Shown here piece after piece: positions 1-10,665 of a DNA stretch of 64,000 nt. The stretch comes from Glycera tridactyla. Lineage: Eukaryota. Both the position numbers and the translations under genes were made by a program. The stretch lies in assembly GCA_965644265.1 (NCBI GenBank), contig OZ286460.1:49104001-49168000 (forward strand), read 5' to 3'. A model generated the notes under the pieces. The model was not told where the DNA came from. It saw nothing but the letters and a program-made list of their open reading frames with translations, and ran no database searches. Every line of letters starts with the position of its first letter. Positions within the stretch are counted from its first letter, which is position 1.

Positions 1-2393
1 TTGGCTAACCAGATGGAGAAATCTTGTAGATCCCACCCATGCCCGTTGTATGAGCGTCACAATATAGCACAGATGGTGCTAACTTGACATTGAACCAGAA
101 CCAACCAACACATATCTGGTCGAGATATTTTCTGGTCATCCAGTTGTGACCTCTCTCTCTGATCTCGTGTCTCGTGAAGTCAAATTCATCAAACACTCGA
201 GTGGTATATGGTCCATTGTCTGATACGTCATCTGATAGGTTACACAGTACGTCCGATTTGGCAATCTTCTCAGATTCATGCAGTATGCTATTTGTGGTAC
301 TGTCAATTGAAATACAAACAATGTAAATCTCCGATTGATACTTTCAGATGAGACACATGTCAAAATACTGCCTATATCAAGGTGTGAAGACAGCTAGTTA
401 CAGCTTCTATATCACCTAAGGTGACAAGTTTTTGACCACCAGAGCTACTTGAAATAATTTCAGTCTCAGGTTCAAAGACCTCAAAATGATCTATGGATGA
501 CCTGATATTCATTCCTGGAATGATACTCCATAGTACCAATCAAGCAGACCAAGGTATGTCACCTGACTTATGATACATACATCCTCATTTGTGGAGTGAA
601 CTCTCCATGATACGACACTTACGTGATATGGTAAACCTTAGTCTCTACACAGGCCCAGCAGGTGTGCAAAGTCTTTCAGCGACTACCTCATTCTACATAA
701 ACATTTCGCAGTATCCTGAAAAAGGGATATAAGAAATCATTCAACGAAGCGAGATCTGGTTGTGATGGTTCGTAGTCTCTGTTCTCAGTCTCTGTTTCCA
801 ACCCTTAAATCTAGTCTATGGGTGGTTTGATATTGAATGATGACCTCTGTCTATTTTGGGGAAATCAGCCCCAACCATCTCTGTGGACAACACTCTTCAG
901 TTGATAACCAGATTGCTTGCACAAGGCTGCAAAAGAAAAGCATTGCTATTAGGCTTGAGTGTCACCTTCCAGCCAGTTACATAGATAGATATGCAATCAA
1001 TATGTTTGATATGTTTATGTAGAGTGGGTAGAGGTGTGTCTGACAGCTACTTCCACTTGACAGTTTTTCTGGTTCCCCTTCATCTTGTGTTCAAGGTTTG
1101 TGAGAGAGATGTCTGCAGGGGAGAGAACATCTAGCTTCCATTAACCAGGAACACATGGCATGCATAACCCCAGGGTCAATACATGCCGTTAAACCACAAA
1201 CAAGCAAAAAACAAACAAACAGACAAACAAACCACTCTTCAGTTGATGACCGTAGTCACTGCACTAGACCTGGCAGTGCACCTGTAGATGTGTGTGTGTG
1301 TTGGTGCAGCAGTGGATACTTACCCTTATCCATCTTGGGGTGACTACATCGAACTCGCCGGTGTACCATAGCAGAATACCAAAGTTCCTCTAGCTTCCGG
1401 AGTCTCTGTATCGCCGGAGATCTGTGACAATGCATGTCATGTCCGGCTTGTCATCAGTGGTTAGGGAAATAGAGCACCCCGTGATCTGGTAAATGCATTA
1501 TCAGACCACCCGCTTCTGTTCCACTTCCTGTCAGAAATACCTACACTGGGAATACTAGATCCACCCAGGATGAACCCCTTCGTAGTCGAGATTATAGCCT
1601 GTCCACATCCCGTTCTTGTGTGTGTGTGTGGGGGGGGGGGGGGACACAGCAATAGGATTTTGAAAAGATCGCCCGGTGGATTGTCACCAGACAGAAAGTG
1701 ATTGAACAAAATAATCCTCGAACCCAGATAGTCACATGAATAGGGTAGGTTCGTTTGGGGCTGTTGTATAGACGCATTTCTGTTTATTTCAAGTATGACA
1801 AACTTCTCTTTGTGTCTATACAGAGTGCAGTTCCGTAAATTGTTTATTCACTGTATTTAATATGCTTTATCTATTTTGTGATGCATTGATTTTGTAAGTC
1901 GCTAACCGTAATCTATGAAATGTTCACTAACGACTCGTAAATAAAGAATTGTTAATTGTTCGACACACACACACACACGCACACACCTGCCTGCCAAACT
2001 TTCTACCTGCTACCTGAGGTGCGCCATCCCATGATGAACAGTTGTTGCTATTGACCTCAAATCTAGGTCAGTAATGGATTTTTGAACTTTCAATAGTGTT
2101 CAAACATCGAATTAATTTCATTCAAAAGGGAATTCATGTAATCATCGGATGATAAATTCAGAATCCCCTTCGTCGCGGCACTCAGGCCATTCTTCATAAT
2201 TCCTTCGGTCATAGCGTCAATAATCCCTGAAACCTATCAGCCAGTGCAGGAAGTGTGATCCGAGTTATTCGCTGAACCACCATGGACTTATACAAGCAGA
2301 TGCAACGCGCAATCTAATCTCTGTGGTGGACGGCATAATATCAGATAACATTACATGGACTGTAACATCATTACATATGAAGCAACTGTTGAA

Positions 2394-2398
<5 letters not shown>

Positions 2399-2450
<52 letters not shown>
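2399..2450. repeat. (TG)n microsatellite
   Basis: Uninterrupted gtgtgt run at 2401-2450. Confidence 0.95.
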
Positions 2451-2453
<3 letters not shown>

Positions 2454-2520
2454 TGCACATGAGTATGTGTATGTGTGTGTGAGTGTATGCTGTACACGGG
2501 TGTAGTAGATGGGCATATGT

Positions 2521-3961
2521 AACAATAACAATAATAAGCTTTTATCGGCGAGTCATGGGTTCACATTTACATATATTTCAAGTGTCTTTGACATGATAAT
2601 ACTTGTATACGACCCCCGGCCCCTGACGGGCCTACAAGACTCGTCAGCCCACTGGTTCTACTGACCAATGGTTATCAGTGATGTTGTTGTTAGTCGATTC
2701 AGTGAATTATCTCATTTACTTCTTGATAGTGATCTGGCAGAGCCACTTTTTCCAGCATCTGCTTTCTGATATCACTGAATCTGAGGCAAACGAGGACAAA
2801 GTGGGCTTCATTTTCTACGTCATCACAGTCACACAGGGTGCTGGTGTGCATCTCTGGCTTTTTGCTGATATATCCCTCGATCTCAATTGCCAGAGGCAGA
2901 ATTCTAAAAAAAGTTTAGCTACAATCGATCTTTGATTCCTTGTTGATTTCGCTTTCACTAGTGATAGGGGTCTCTCAAGATCTTCCATCTCGACAAATGT
3001 CCTAACTTCGGTTTCAATTCAGCTTCCTCAATTCGTTCTATCCTTGCTTTTTCGAAAATGTGTTTTCAATTTCTTCGAGCGATATGAATACATTTAGGTC
3101 ATATGTAACTGACGTCACTGAGTGATAGTCTATCACACTGGCACTTTTCGACGTAACTGGAGTGAGGTCGTCATTGCATTCCCTTCCCAGTTCTACCATT
3201 GACTATTGCCATCTTTGCTTCTAATGAAAACTGGATCAGTGCAACTCCGTCCAGTTTTGGTGTCAATGGTGACTCGTGCTGGTACATCATCACATTGTGG
3301 AATGAAATCTGCTTTACCACGAGTTCTTGTGTGGAGGTCCCCTACATGAAGGTATGGTCACGGTTCTCATGAGTAAACTAATTGAATCACGTTCGTAAAA
3401 AATTGAGTCGGAATCTCTTTTGTGGTGGGTGGTTTCCGGGGGTAGATATACGTCGATAACAGAGGCCCTTCTTCTTGTGTCTGTTTTCCAGTATCATTGC
3501 TATTCAAGACCTTCAGGGGAGCTATTCACCGATTTCACGCTGTGCCCCGAAAGTGATCAATCACTGATATAGCTACTCCTCCAGACCGAACCCTTGCATT
3601 GTCATGAATTTCCTTTCGATTGTTGCAGTATGACACATATCCTGGAACCACAAGATTACAATTGATGAGCCATGTTTCACAGAGGCAGACGTTGTCTGTA
3701 TTCACAGCTAGCAACACATCTATTTTGGTAAGTTTATTGCTTTTGCCCCATCCATTTACATCTCACGAGGCGACCTTCAGTTCATTTATACCTTTCTCAT
3801 TTTTATTCTCGGCGTTTTCCTTCTCTGCGGAGCATCAGCTAGCGCAGGAAATTCATCATCTAGATCCATATCCGCTCTTCCTGGTAGATTAGTGATACCA
3901 TCTCTCGGCAGTCTTTTGTGTTGCTGTTTCTTTCTGGCACCACCCCTAGCATGAATGTATG
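2521..3961 (-). pseudogene. Decayed, internally deleted non-LTR retrotransposon (RTE/RTEX-like): APE endonuclease remnant plus ORF2 C-terminal Cys/His region and (TTA/TTG)n tail
   Basis: Minus strand reads INELKVAS*DVNGWGKSNKLTKIDVLLAVNTDNVCLCETWL...NARVRSGGVAI (3790-3535), then GDLHTRTRGKADFIPQCDDVPARV...IVNGRTG...SVIDY (~3350-3150) with frameshifts. It then reads KPKL..F...RSIVAKL..ILPLAIEI...LCDCDDVENEAHFVL.CL.F.DIR (~3030-2760), and the tail is at 2521-2537. No RT domain lies between these. Clade assignment is from motif recollection. Confidence 0.65.
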
Positions 3962-4401
3962 TGTGAGGTTGTATATTCCTACTTGCTGAGAGGTATTCCA
4001 AGCATAGAGGAGAGACGATTCCTTCCAGTCGAAACTTCTTTAATGAGACATGTACAACAATATGCAATGCCCCAGGACTGCGAGATGTAGAACTGTAGTA
4101 GAGATGTGCAGTGATGTCCAGCTGTAGATGAGCAGCAGCATGCCACCCAAATCCCAAGTGAAGAAACTCCCCAAAATTGATCCTTTCATACCCCAAATCC
4201 CTTCCCGCTTCTCGCAGTCCCGAGAAATCTCGAAATTAATAAAAATATCCCCACAAGTAACGATTTTACTCATTGGCTGAGTCAGTCAAGCCTAGAGTCG
4301 CGCTGCAGTCAAGCATGCCGCTCAATGTCAGTCTTCATGCTTGACTGCACAAACTCGCAGTTAGCCGAACAGAGAAGATGCTGGTAGCCCCTGACCTGAC
4401 A
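3962..4401 (-). repeat. Gypsy 3' LTR
   Basis: Matches 16823-17262 with about 7 substitutions seen by eye. It starts TGTCAGG on the minus strand, preceded by CCTGGTGGCATATG at the PPT position. Confidence 0.92.
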
Positions 4402-4719
4402 CATATGCCACCAGGTAGTGAAATTTCGACCCGAAATTATAAGAGAAATATTCAAGATCTGTCGGGAGCTGAATTTTGAAATTTGTAAAATTACGGTAGT
4501 TCCCAAAAGGAAAAAAAAAATATTAGAATATTCGGTTAAGTTATATGAAAGTAGGTGATACAATTATGATAGTCCTCATCTGGGTTCTGGATAGTTCAGT
4601 GTCTTTGGTGGGAGGCGTAAACCTCAGTCGTTCACATATTAACATACAAGTACACAAAATACAAATTGAACAATGGTAAAGTCTGCAGAGTTCTATGCTA
4701 TGTACATAGGTGAATCAGT

Positions 4720-5130
4720 TGCCAGTGGATTGCTTGTTTGTTTACTTCAACTTTACTTCAACTTCTGCGTTTGGTCGTCCTCCAGTCCTTGCCGCATGGA
4801 GTTATAGATGCCTCTTCCTGTGGTACCATTGTGAAGGCGATCATTGTCCATCGGTTTGGTGGGTATCACTCGTGGTCTTGTAGCGGTGCTTCTCCCTCGC
4901 AAGTCAGGGTCGGCCAAATTCCTCTTTTTATTTTCAGGTTGGGAGCAAGGATCTCATTGTTGAGAAACACTGGATGGAACATCGACAAGTTGTAGGCGGC
5001 TTGGCAATCCTTAGTTTGGCATGAGTCTGGGCATAGGGGGGCTATGTATGAGGCTATTCCATGCTGCTTGGTTGCAAGGGCGATTGAAAATCTGTTCTTC
5101 ACTATTTCTTCTAGTTGTTTGGCTGTCCAA
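4720..5130 (-). pseudogene. Gypsy env-like third ORF, C-terminal part
   Basis: Minus frame reads PWTAKQLEEIVKNRFSIALATKQHGIASYIAPLCPDSCQTKDCQAAYNLSMFHPVFLNNEIL; a second frame reads QPENKKRNLADPDLRG...GIYNSMRQGLEDDQTQKLK*. It lies between the LINE 5' end and the 3' LTR. Confidence 0.5.
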
Positions 5131-7992
5131 GGCATTGCTACGGGTGCTTTGAACATCCGTAGCATTGTCAGGAAACTCGATGACGTCTCCACACTTCTAA
5201 AAATAAGCGACCTAGATATACTATGCCTCACCAAATCTTTCTTGAATGATTGTATTACTGATGCTGAATTGTATATACCATCATATAAGTTCTTCCGTCA
5301 AGATAGGACTGTCGCTTGTGCAAAACAAGGGGGTGGTGGAATTTTAGTGTATGTTAAAAGCCACCTATCCACTTGCATTAATATTGACCTATGCCATTGC
5401 TCTGCGGACCTTGAGGTCTTGTGTTTCACTTTAAATCTGAAACAGACAAGGCCCACACATTATTTAGTCATTTATCGTCCACCAGATGGCCACCTTGGCA
5501 ATGCACTTGATGGATTAGATGCGATTCTGTCCCATCCAACCTTTATGGTTTTGAATGACACACTAATTACTGGCGATATGAACATTGATCTTTTAAATGA
5601 TTCAAATCATAAGACTATAAAGTATACGAAATTTTGCGAAGCTATGGGTCTCCAACATCTGATCAAAAATGCCACTCGTATTTCACCAACAACCAATAGT
5701 TGTATTGATCACATTCTAGTAAATCGTCCGGATTACTACGTAACATGTGGTATTTTGGATCCAGGATTGAGCGATCATTGCCTGGTATATACATCCAGAC
5801 ATAGACACGAATGTAAGAAACCGAAAGAATTGATAGAAATTCGCTCACGACGTAAATTCGACCAGGATGCCTTCAATTGCAGCCTCTTAGATCATAATTG
5901 GGATAATACCTTCAATGCTTCAAGCACAGATGAAGCCTCTGCCTCGTTTACTAGTAGCTTCTTAGAAATTCCTAATGTTCATGCCCCATTGAAGAAAGTC
6001 CCTTGTAGACCCGATCATCAACCATGGGTGAACCATGACTACTTAAGTATGATTGATTATGTGGAATATCGATCTGAGATCTACAATAAATCTCGTACAG
6101 TTTTTAACTTGGAAATGAAAAAAGAGGCTATTCGCACTAAAAATCGACTGAAAAAATCACTCAAGAGATCATATATATGTGACTCCCTCAATGAAGCCAA
6201 TGGAGACAGTGAGAAACTATGGAAACAGATAAAGTGCATCTGGCCTCTAACTTCCAAAGAGTCGGTAATCCCTACTCTGACCACTGAACAAGGCGATAGA
6301 AATATGGACTATATTAGTACAGTCAATGAATATTTCTCAAGCATTGGTGCTACACTGGCAGAACGCTTTATAAATCATGATCATGTATCAGACAAAGATA
6401 ATAGTAATGTTTTAGATAATGAAGATAGTTTTCAGTTGAAGGAAGTTGATATAGAGTGTGTCAGGAGTGCTATCTCTAGATTAAGTAATACTGCAGCCCA
6501 TAGATCAGACGGGATAAGTAGTTTCTATGTGAAACAAGCAGCTACTTCCATCAGTCCTGTTTTAGTTTATATTTTAAACAAATCAATCAGCGAAAGTACT
6601 TTTCCCAGAATTTGGAAAAACGCAACAATCAGTGTTCTACATAAAGGAGGTCCCACGAACGATTTGGGCAATTTTAGACCTATATCATTGCTTTGTATTC
6701 TAGGTAAAGTCCTAGAACGTTTGATTCCTGACCAGACAACAGCTTTTTTAGAAAGATATGATATCCTGAGCGAAGCTGGATTCGGGTTCAGGAAGGGATA
6801 CTCCACGGGCTCCTGTTTAGCCTCTCTGCTTGACGATATTTATAGTTCGACTGAAGCAAGTAAAGTAAGTGGAGTTCTCTTCCTGGACCTGAAAAATGCG
6901 TTCGATACCGTGAATCATTCTATCTTGTTAGACCGTCTTGAGAAAATCAACTTTGGTCATGATTGTGTCAACTGGTTTGGCTCGTATCTGAGCGGGAGAT
7001 CTCAAGCAACAAAAATCAGCCTCTCTAGGTCAAATCAACAACCAATAAATCACGGTGTTCCCCAAGGGTCCATCCTTGGACCCTTATTGTTTATTATTCA
7101 TGTCAATGATATATATGATTATGTGAATCACTGTCGTCCAATACTATATGCCGATGATACTGCGCTGTTGGTTACAGGTATGACCAGCGATGATGTTGAA
7201 GAAAAATTGAATAGTGACCTTGCTGGCATCTCGAGATGGTTTCATGATCTCAAACTCACTGTAAACATAGGAAAATCCAAGATAATGCTCTTCGGGACCA
7301 AAAAGCGTCTGTCTTTGAATAATGATCTAAACATTAATCTGGATGGAGTCAACATAGACCAGGTATCGAAGTATGAATACCTAGGCGTTCAATTAGATCC
7401 ATCATTGAGCTTCGAAGCGCATGTGAAATATATTATCAAAAAGGTCCACTTTAGAAAACGTGCCTTGTCCTACTTAAGACTATCTATTACTAAGGATACG
7501 GCATTATATTCATTCAACAGCCTCATACAACCATTATACCACTATGCTGATTATATATATAATGCCTGTTCCAAGACAAATATGAAACGGCTCCAAGTAT
7601 CGCAAAACCACTGTTTGAGTATTGTTAATAAATCTGGATGGCGTTACTCCGCAAGTGAGTTACACGAACACCTGAAAGTTGATGAACTTGCCATTTCTGG
7701 TAAACAACATCTTCTCGCAGAAGTATATAAAGCTGTAAAAGGACAAACAATCAGTCCATTATCTCATCTATTTATAAAGAAAGATAACGTGGTTACCCAC
7801 TATGCCACAAGACAGAGTCAGTACCAGAACTCAAATCTGATAGTCCCACGTAATAAACTTCATTTCGTTGATCGAAGTTTACAGTATCGAGGATCTGTAG
7901 CATGGAATAGCCTTGACTCTCAGACAAAAGGCTGCGACAGTTTGCTGGCCTTAAAGGCCAAGCTTAAATCACTAAGAGTAATATCTGGATAA
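5131..7992 (+). CDS. LINE ORF2: APE endonuclease + reverse transcriptase, open frame
   Basis: Motifs LNIRS, GDMNID, SCIDHI, LSDH; NFRPISLL, FLDLKNAFD, GVPQGSILGPLLF, YADDT, YLGV. The endonuclease Glu appears replaced by Lys (LTKSFL versus LTESFL and LIETFL in the two sister copies). Confidence 0.92.
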   Translation, partial: GIATGALNIRSIVRKLDDVSTLLKISDLDILCLTKSFLNDCITDAELYIPSYKFFRQDRTVACAKQGGGGILVYVKSHLSTCINIDLCHCSADLEVLCFTLNLKQTRPTHYLVIYRPPDGHLGNALDGLDAILSHPTFMVLNDTLITGDMNIDLLNDSNHKTIKYTKFCEAMGLQHLIKNATRISPTTNSCIDHILVNRPDYYVTCGILDPGLSDHCLVYTSRHRHECKKPKELIEIRSRRKFDQDAFNCSLLDHNWDNTFNASSTDEASASFTSSFLEIPNVHAPLKKVPCRPDHQPWVNHDYLSMIDYVEYRSEIYNKSRTVFNLEMKKEAIRTKNRLKKSLKRSYICDSLNEANGDSEKLWKQIKCIWPLTSKESVIPTLTTEQGDRNMDYISTVNEYFSSIGATLAERFINHDHVSDKDNSNVLDNEDSFQLKEVDIECVRSAISRLSNTAAHRSDGISSFYVKQAATSISPVLVYILNKSISESTFPRIWKNATISVLHKGGPTNDLGNFRPISLLCILGKVLERLIPDQTTAFLERYDILSEAGFGFRKGYSTGSCLASLLDDIYSSTEASKVSGVLFLDLKNAFDTVNHSILLDRLEKINFGHDCVNWFGSYLSGRSQATKISLSRSNQQPINHGVPQGSILGPLLFIIHVNDIYDYVNHCRPILYADDTALLVTGMTSDDVEEKLNSDLAGISRWFHDLKLTVNIGKSKIMLFGTKKRLSLNNDLNINLDGVNIDQVSKYEYLGVQLDPSLSFEAHVKYIIKKVHFRKRALSYLRLSITKDTALYSFNSLIQPLYHYADYIYNACSKTNMKRLQVSQNHCLSIVNKSGWRYSASELHEHLKVDELAISGKQHLLAEVYKAVKGQTISPLSHLFIKKDNVVTHYATRQSQYQNSNLIVPRNKLHFVDRSLQYRGSVAWNSLDSQTKGCDSLLALKAKLKSLRVISG

Positions 7993-8482
7993 GTACATCG
8001 AGTACTTAAGCCCAGTTTTCGTAACCTATTGAATTTGTGTATTAAGATGGTTGTATAGCAAGTGTACTTTGATGAGTGTAACTGCCAGAGTTATGCAATG
8101 ACATGATCGGGAATTTTGAAATTTGCGAAAAATCATCATGAGTAATATCTGGATAAGTACATCGAGTACTTAAGCCCAGTTTCCATATCTTTTTGAATTT
8201 GTGTATTATGAAGTATATATAGTGAGTGTATTTTGATGTGCAAAATGCTAGATATATGTTTAGACTACCGATTTGGGCCAATGGCATGATTGGGAATTTT
8301 AAAATTTACTACTATAACTTCTTTTATGTTTGTACAGTATGTTCGTCGCTTGATACTCGTGCTGATATCCAGTTTGCATAAGTTCGTGATACGACCCTCC
8401 GGGGTCTCTCGTTATCTGTTGTTTTCCTGTTATTTGTTACATTTACTTATGCAATAAACAATTCTTATTCTTATTCTTATTT
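5131..8482 (+). mobile_element. 5'-truncated CR1-group LINE (copy 1) inserted antisense into the Gypsy third ORF
   Basis: Begins at the endonuclease N-terminus (GIATGALNIRS). The 3' UTR has a ~164-bp internal duplication (7976/8140) and ends in AATAAA followed by an (ATTCTT)n tail at 8453-8482. Confidence 0.9.
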
Positions 8483-8834
8483 ATGGGGATAGTAGAGGGT
8501 ATGGGGACAATAAGTTTGGATAATTGGTCTTCCATGATGATGCTTCCTTTCCAGGAGACTGCATTTTTCCAGGTCGATCTATGAACTACTATGTTGGTGA
8601 ATGGGTTCTTTGCTTTAAAATGTAGGCTGGTGAGGGGCAGGTGTAAGGATTGGAGTGCAAGGGAGATGGACTCAGTTCAGAGGTAGAGTGCATTTCTGAG
8701 AGTCTAATGCCTGGTCTTAGATGGTCCCTCAAATCATCCCATTCAATTGATTTGGCTTGGGTTTCTATAATTGTACCTTGCAATAGCCAGCATTGAATCC
8801 ATAGCCACCATACCCTATAGAAAGAGGATGCCAT
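8483..8834 (-). pseudogene. Gypsy env-like third ORF, N-terminal part with predicted signal peptide
   Basis: MASSFYRVWWLWIQCWLLQGTIIETQA^KSIEW..., continuing after a frameshift as KNPFTNIVVHRSTWKNAVSWKGSIIMEDQLSKLIVPIPSTIP up to the LINE tail. It lies downstream of the integrase stop. Confidence 0.55.
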
Positions 8835-9168
8835 GCTGCCGCCGTTCCTTGTCGATTTTGTCCAGTCTGGATCTACAACATATGAGCATGGAACAGGGTA
8901 AGTGAAAAGTTTCCCATTTCCCTAAAGGGAAGTGAAGGTGTGAACCTAGGAGGGGAAAAAGAAACTCATGTTAGTATTGCAGCCATCCAGGCCATCGCCC
9001 TGGGAGAAGAAATTTTAGATAATCATATCAAAAGATGTTGAGTGGCACCTACTTCATAGCCAATATGAGACAAATAAATTCGAGGCAAGATATTCAATAC
9101 ATTCATAAAACATATACAAGCAATGTGATGGATCAATTATTTACACGAAGACATAAAACTCATGGGAT

Positions 9169-10635
9169 TTATCGTTGATGCCAGTCCCGTAAAAGATTGG
9201 GATGGATTCTGTGTGCAAACAGCCATACCGGTGCTTTCCTGTTTACCAGCTTGCATTTGTATTGGGTCCTGGCACCATTTTGTCTGCTAGATATGATTCT
9301 TAGTACATTTTCTTTTGAGTTGTTCAACATAGCAATGTCCTGAGCCCTAGGGGCTCCTGTTGTTATCTGAATCACTCTAGGAGTGGTAGTGTTGATTGTT
9401 GAGGTTGTTGGTTGGGAGAGGTGTGGTGTGATGATTTGCGGGGTGTGTGGTGGTGTGTTTGTTGGTGGTGGTGGTGGTACTGGTTGATGTGTGGTGGGTA
9501 ATGGTGTAATGAGGTCCAAGTCCTGCAGTGGCTCAGGTGGTATCTGGCGTAACCTAGCCGTGTCTGGTGGATTGTATCTGCGGAGCTGGTCAAAATGACT
9601 CAATGATGTCAAGATGTCATATGTATGTGTGTTCATCAATTGGTACAATACTGGGCCAAATTTTCTAATTACTCTAAATGGGCCCCAGTACTTCAAGAAA
9701 AACTTGTCAGTGCTGGTTCCTGGTTGCCTGAAATATTTGATTAGAACCAGGTCTCCTACTTGGAACTCATCCATTCCGGAGATGATCTTCTGATCATAGA
9801 TACGTTTGTGTTCACGGGTTGCCTTCTCTAGATTTTCTTTGGCTGCTGTTCTGAAAATTGCTAACTCTGGAAGCAAATGTTCCATCGTTTTCTGAGTGGT
9901 AGGTGGAATGGAATTTGGGTTATTCCACATGTAAGACTGGGGATACCTTGGTGGTATTCCATGGATGATCTCAAATGGAGAGAATTGAGAACTTTTGGAT
10001 GGTGCTGTGAGAAAATCTGATGGCAGGTAAAATGTCAGCCAAGATTGACCTGTGTTTCTGGTTGCTGCTTGCAGTGAATTCAGAATTTGAGAATTCATTC
10101 TCTCCACTTGTCCATTAGCTTTTGGATTAGCTGTGGAAATGGCAACCTTTTCTATACCAAGATATTTGGTAAGTTCCGTAAGGAACTGTCCCATGAAGCT
10201 GGGGTGTTTGTCTGTGGTTACCTGCAGTGGTATACTGTATCTGCAGATCCAGTGCCTGAAGAATTGGTGGGCCAAAGTAGGAGCTGTTTCGTTTATACAC
10301 GGAATAAGCTTAATTGCTTTTGAGAAAGCATCTACTATAACTAATAATACTGTAAAGCCTTCTGTAGATTTGGGCAAGTGGAGGCAATCCATGTGAACAC
10401 GTCCCATAAAAGGTGGAATGTCCCTTGATTGTAAGGGAGCTTTTTGGTACTTCATCGATCTTTTGGACATTTGACAAGAATTGCAGGATTGTACATATTG
10501 ATAAACTTCTGTGTACATATTTGGCCAGTAGTATCGCTCCCTCAGAAGGGCAACTAGCTTTGGGGCTCCCTGGTGTCCCCCCACTATACTATCATGATAT
10601 TGTTCCATGATATCATGTCGGAAACGTGATGGCAA
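9169..10635 (-). CDS. Gypsy integrase (HHCC, DDE core, GPY/F module, chromodomain-like tail)
   Basis: HDSIVGGHQG...CNSC; VHMD, TTDK, GQVERMN; FQVGDLVLI...KYWGPFRVI; C-terminal NVLRIISSRQNGARTQYKCK...VW...PNLLRDW. Confidence 0.93.
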   Translation of the reverse strand: MPSRFRHDIMEQYHDSIVGGHQGAPKLVALLRERYYWPNMYTEVYQYVQSCNSCQMSKRSMKYQKAPLQSRDIPPFMGRVHMDCLHLPKSTEGFTVLLVIVDAFSKAIKLIPCINETAPTLAHQFFRHWICRYSIPLQVTTDKHPSFMGQFLTELTKYLGIEKVAISTANPKANGQVERMNSQILNSLQAATRNTGQSWLTFYLPSDFLTAPSKSSQFSPFEIIHGIPPRYPQSYMWNNPNSIPPTTQKTMEHLLPELAIFRTAAKENLEKATREHKRIYDQKIISGMDEFQVGDLVLIKYFRQPGTSTDKFFLKYWGPFRVIRKFGPVLYQLMNTHTYDILTSLSHFDQLRRYNPPDTARLRQIPPEPLQDLDLITPLPTTHQPVPPPPPTNTPPHTPQIITPHLSQPTTSTINTTTPRVIQITTGAPRAQDIAMLNNSKENVLRIISSRQNGARTQYKCKLVNRKAPVWLFAHRIHPNLLRDWHQR

Positions 10636-10665
10636 AGCTAGCTGAAAAATGATGTCTCTGGGGTT

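Noticed and set aside
500-2260. Short ORFs and loose 30-40 bp duplications at the window start
   Set aside because: No domain motifs or termini could be assigned; probably old repeat debris.
5044-5130. N-terminal 29 aa of the 982-aa ORF as part of LINE ORF2
   Set aside because: This stretch is the antisense of the Gypsy env-like ORF; LINE homology starts at GIATGALNIRS (~5131).
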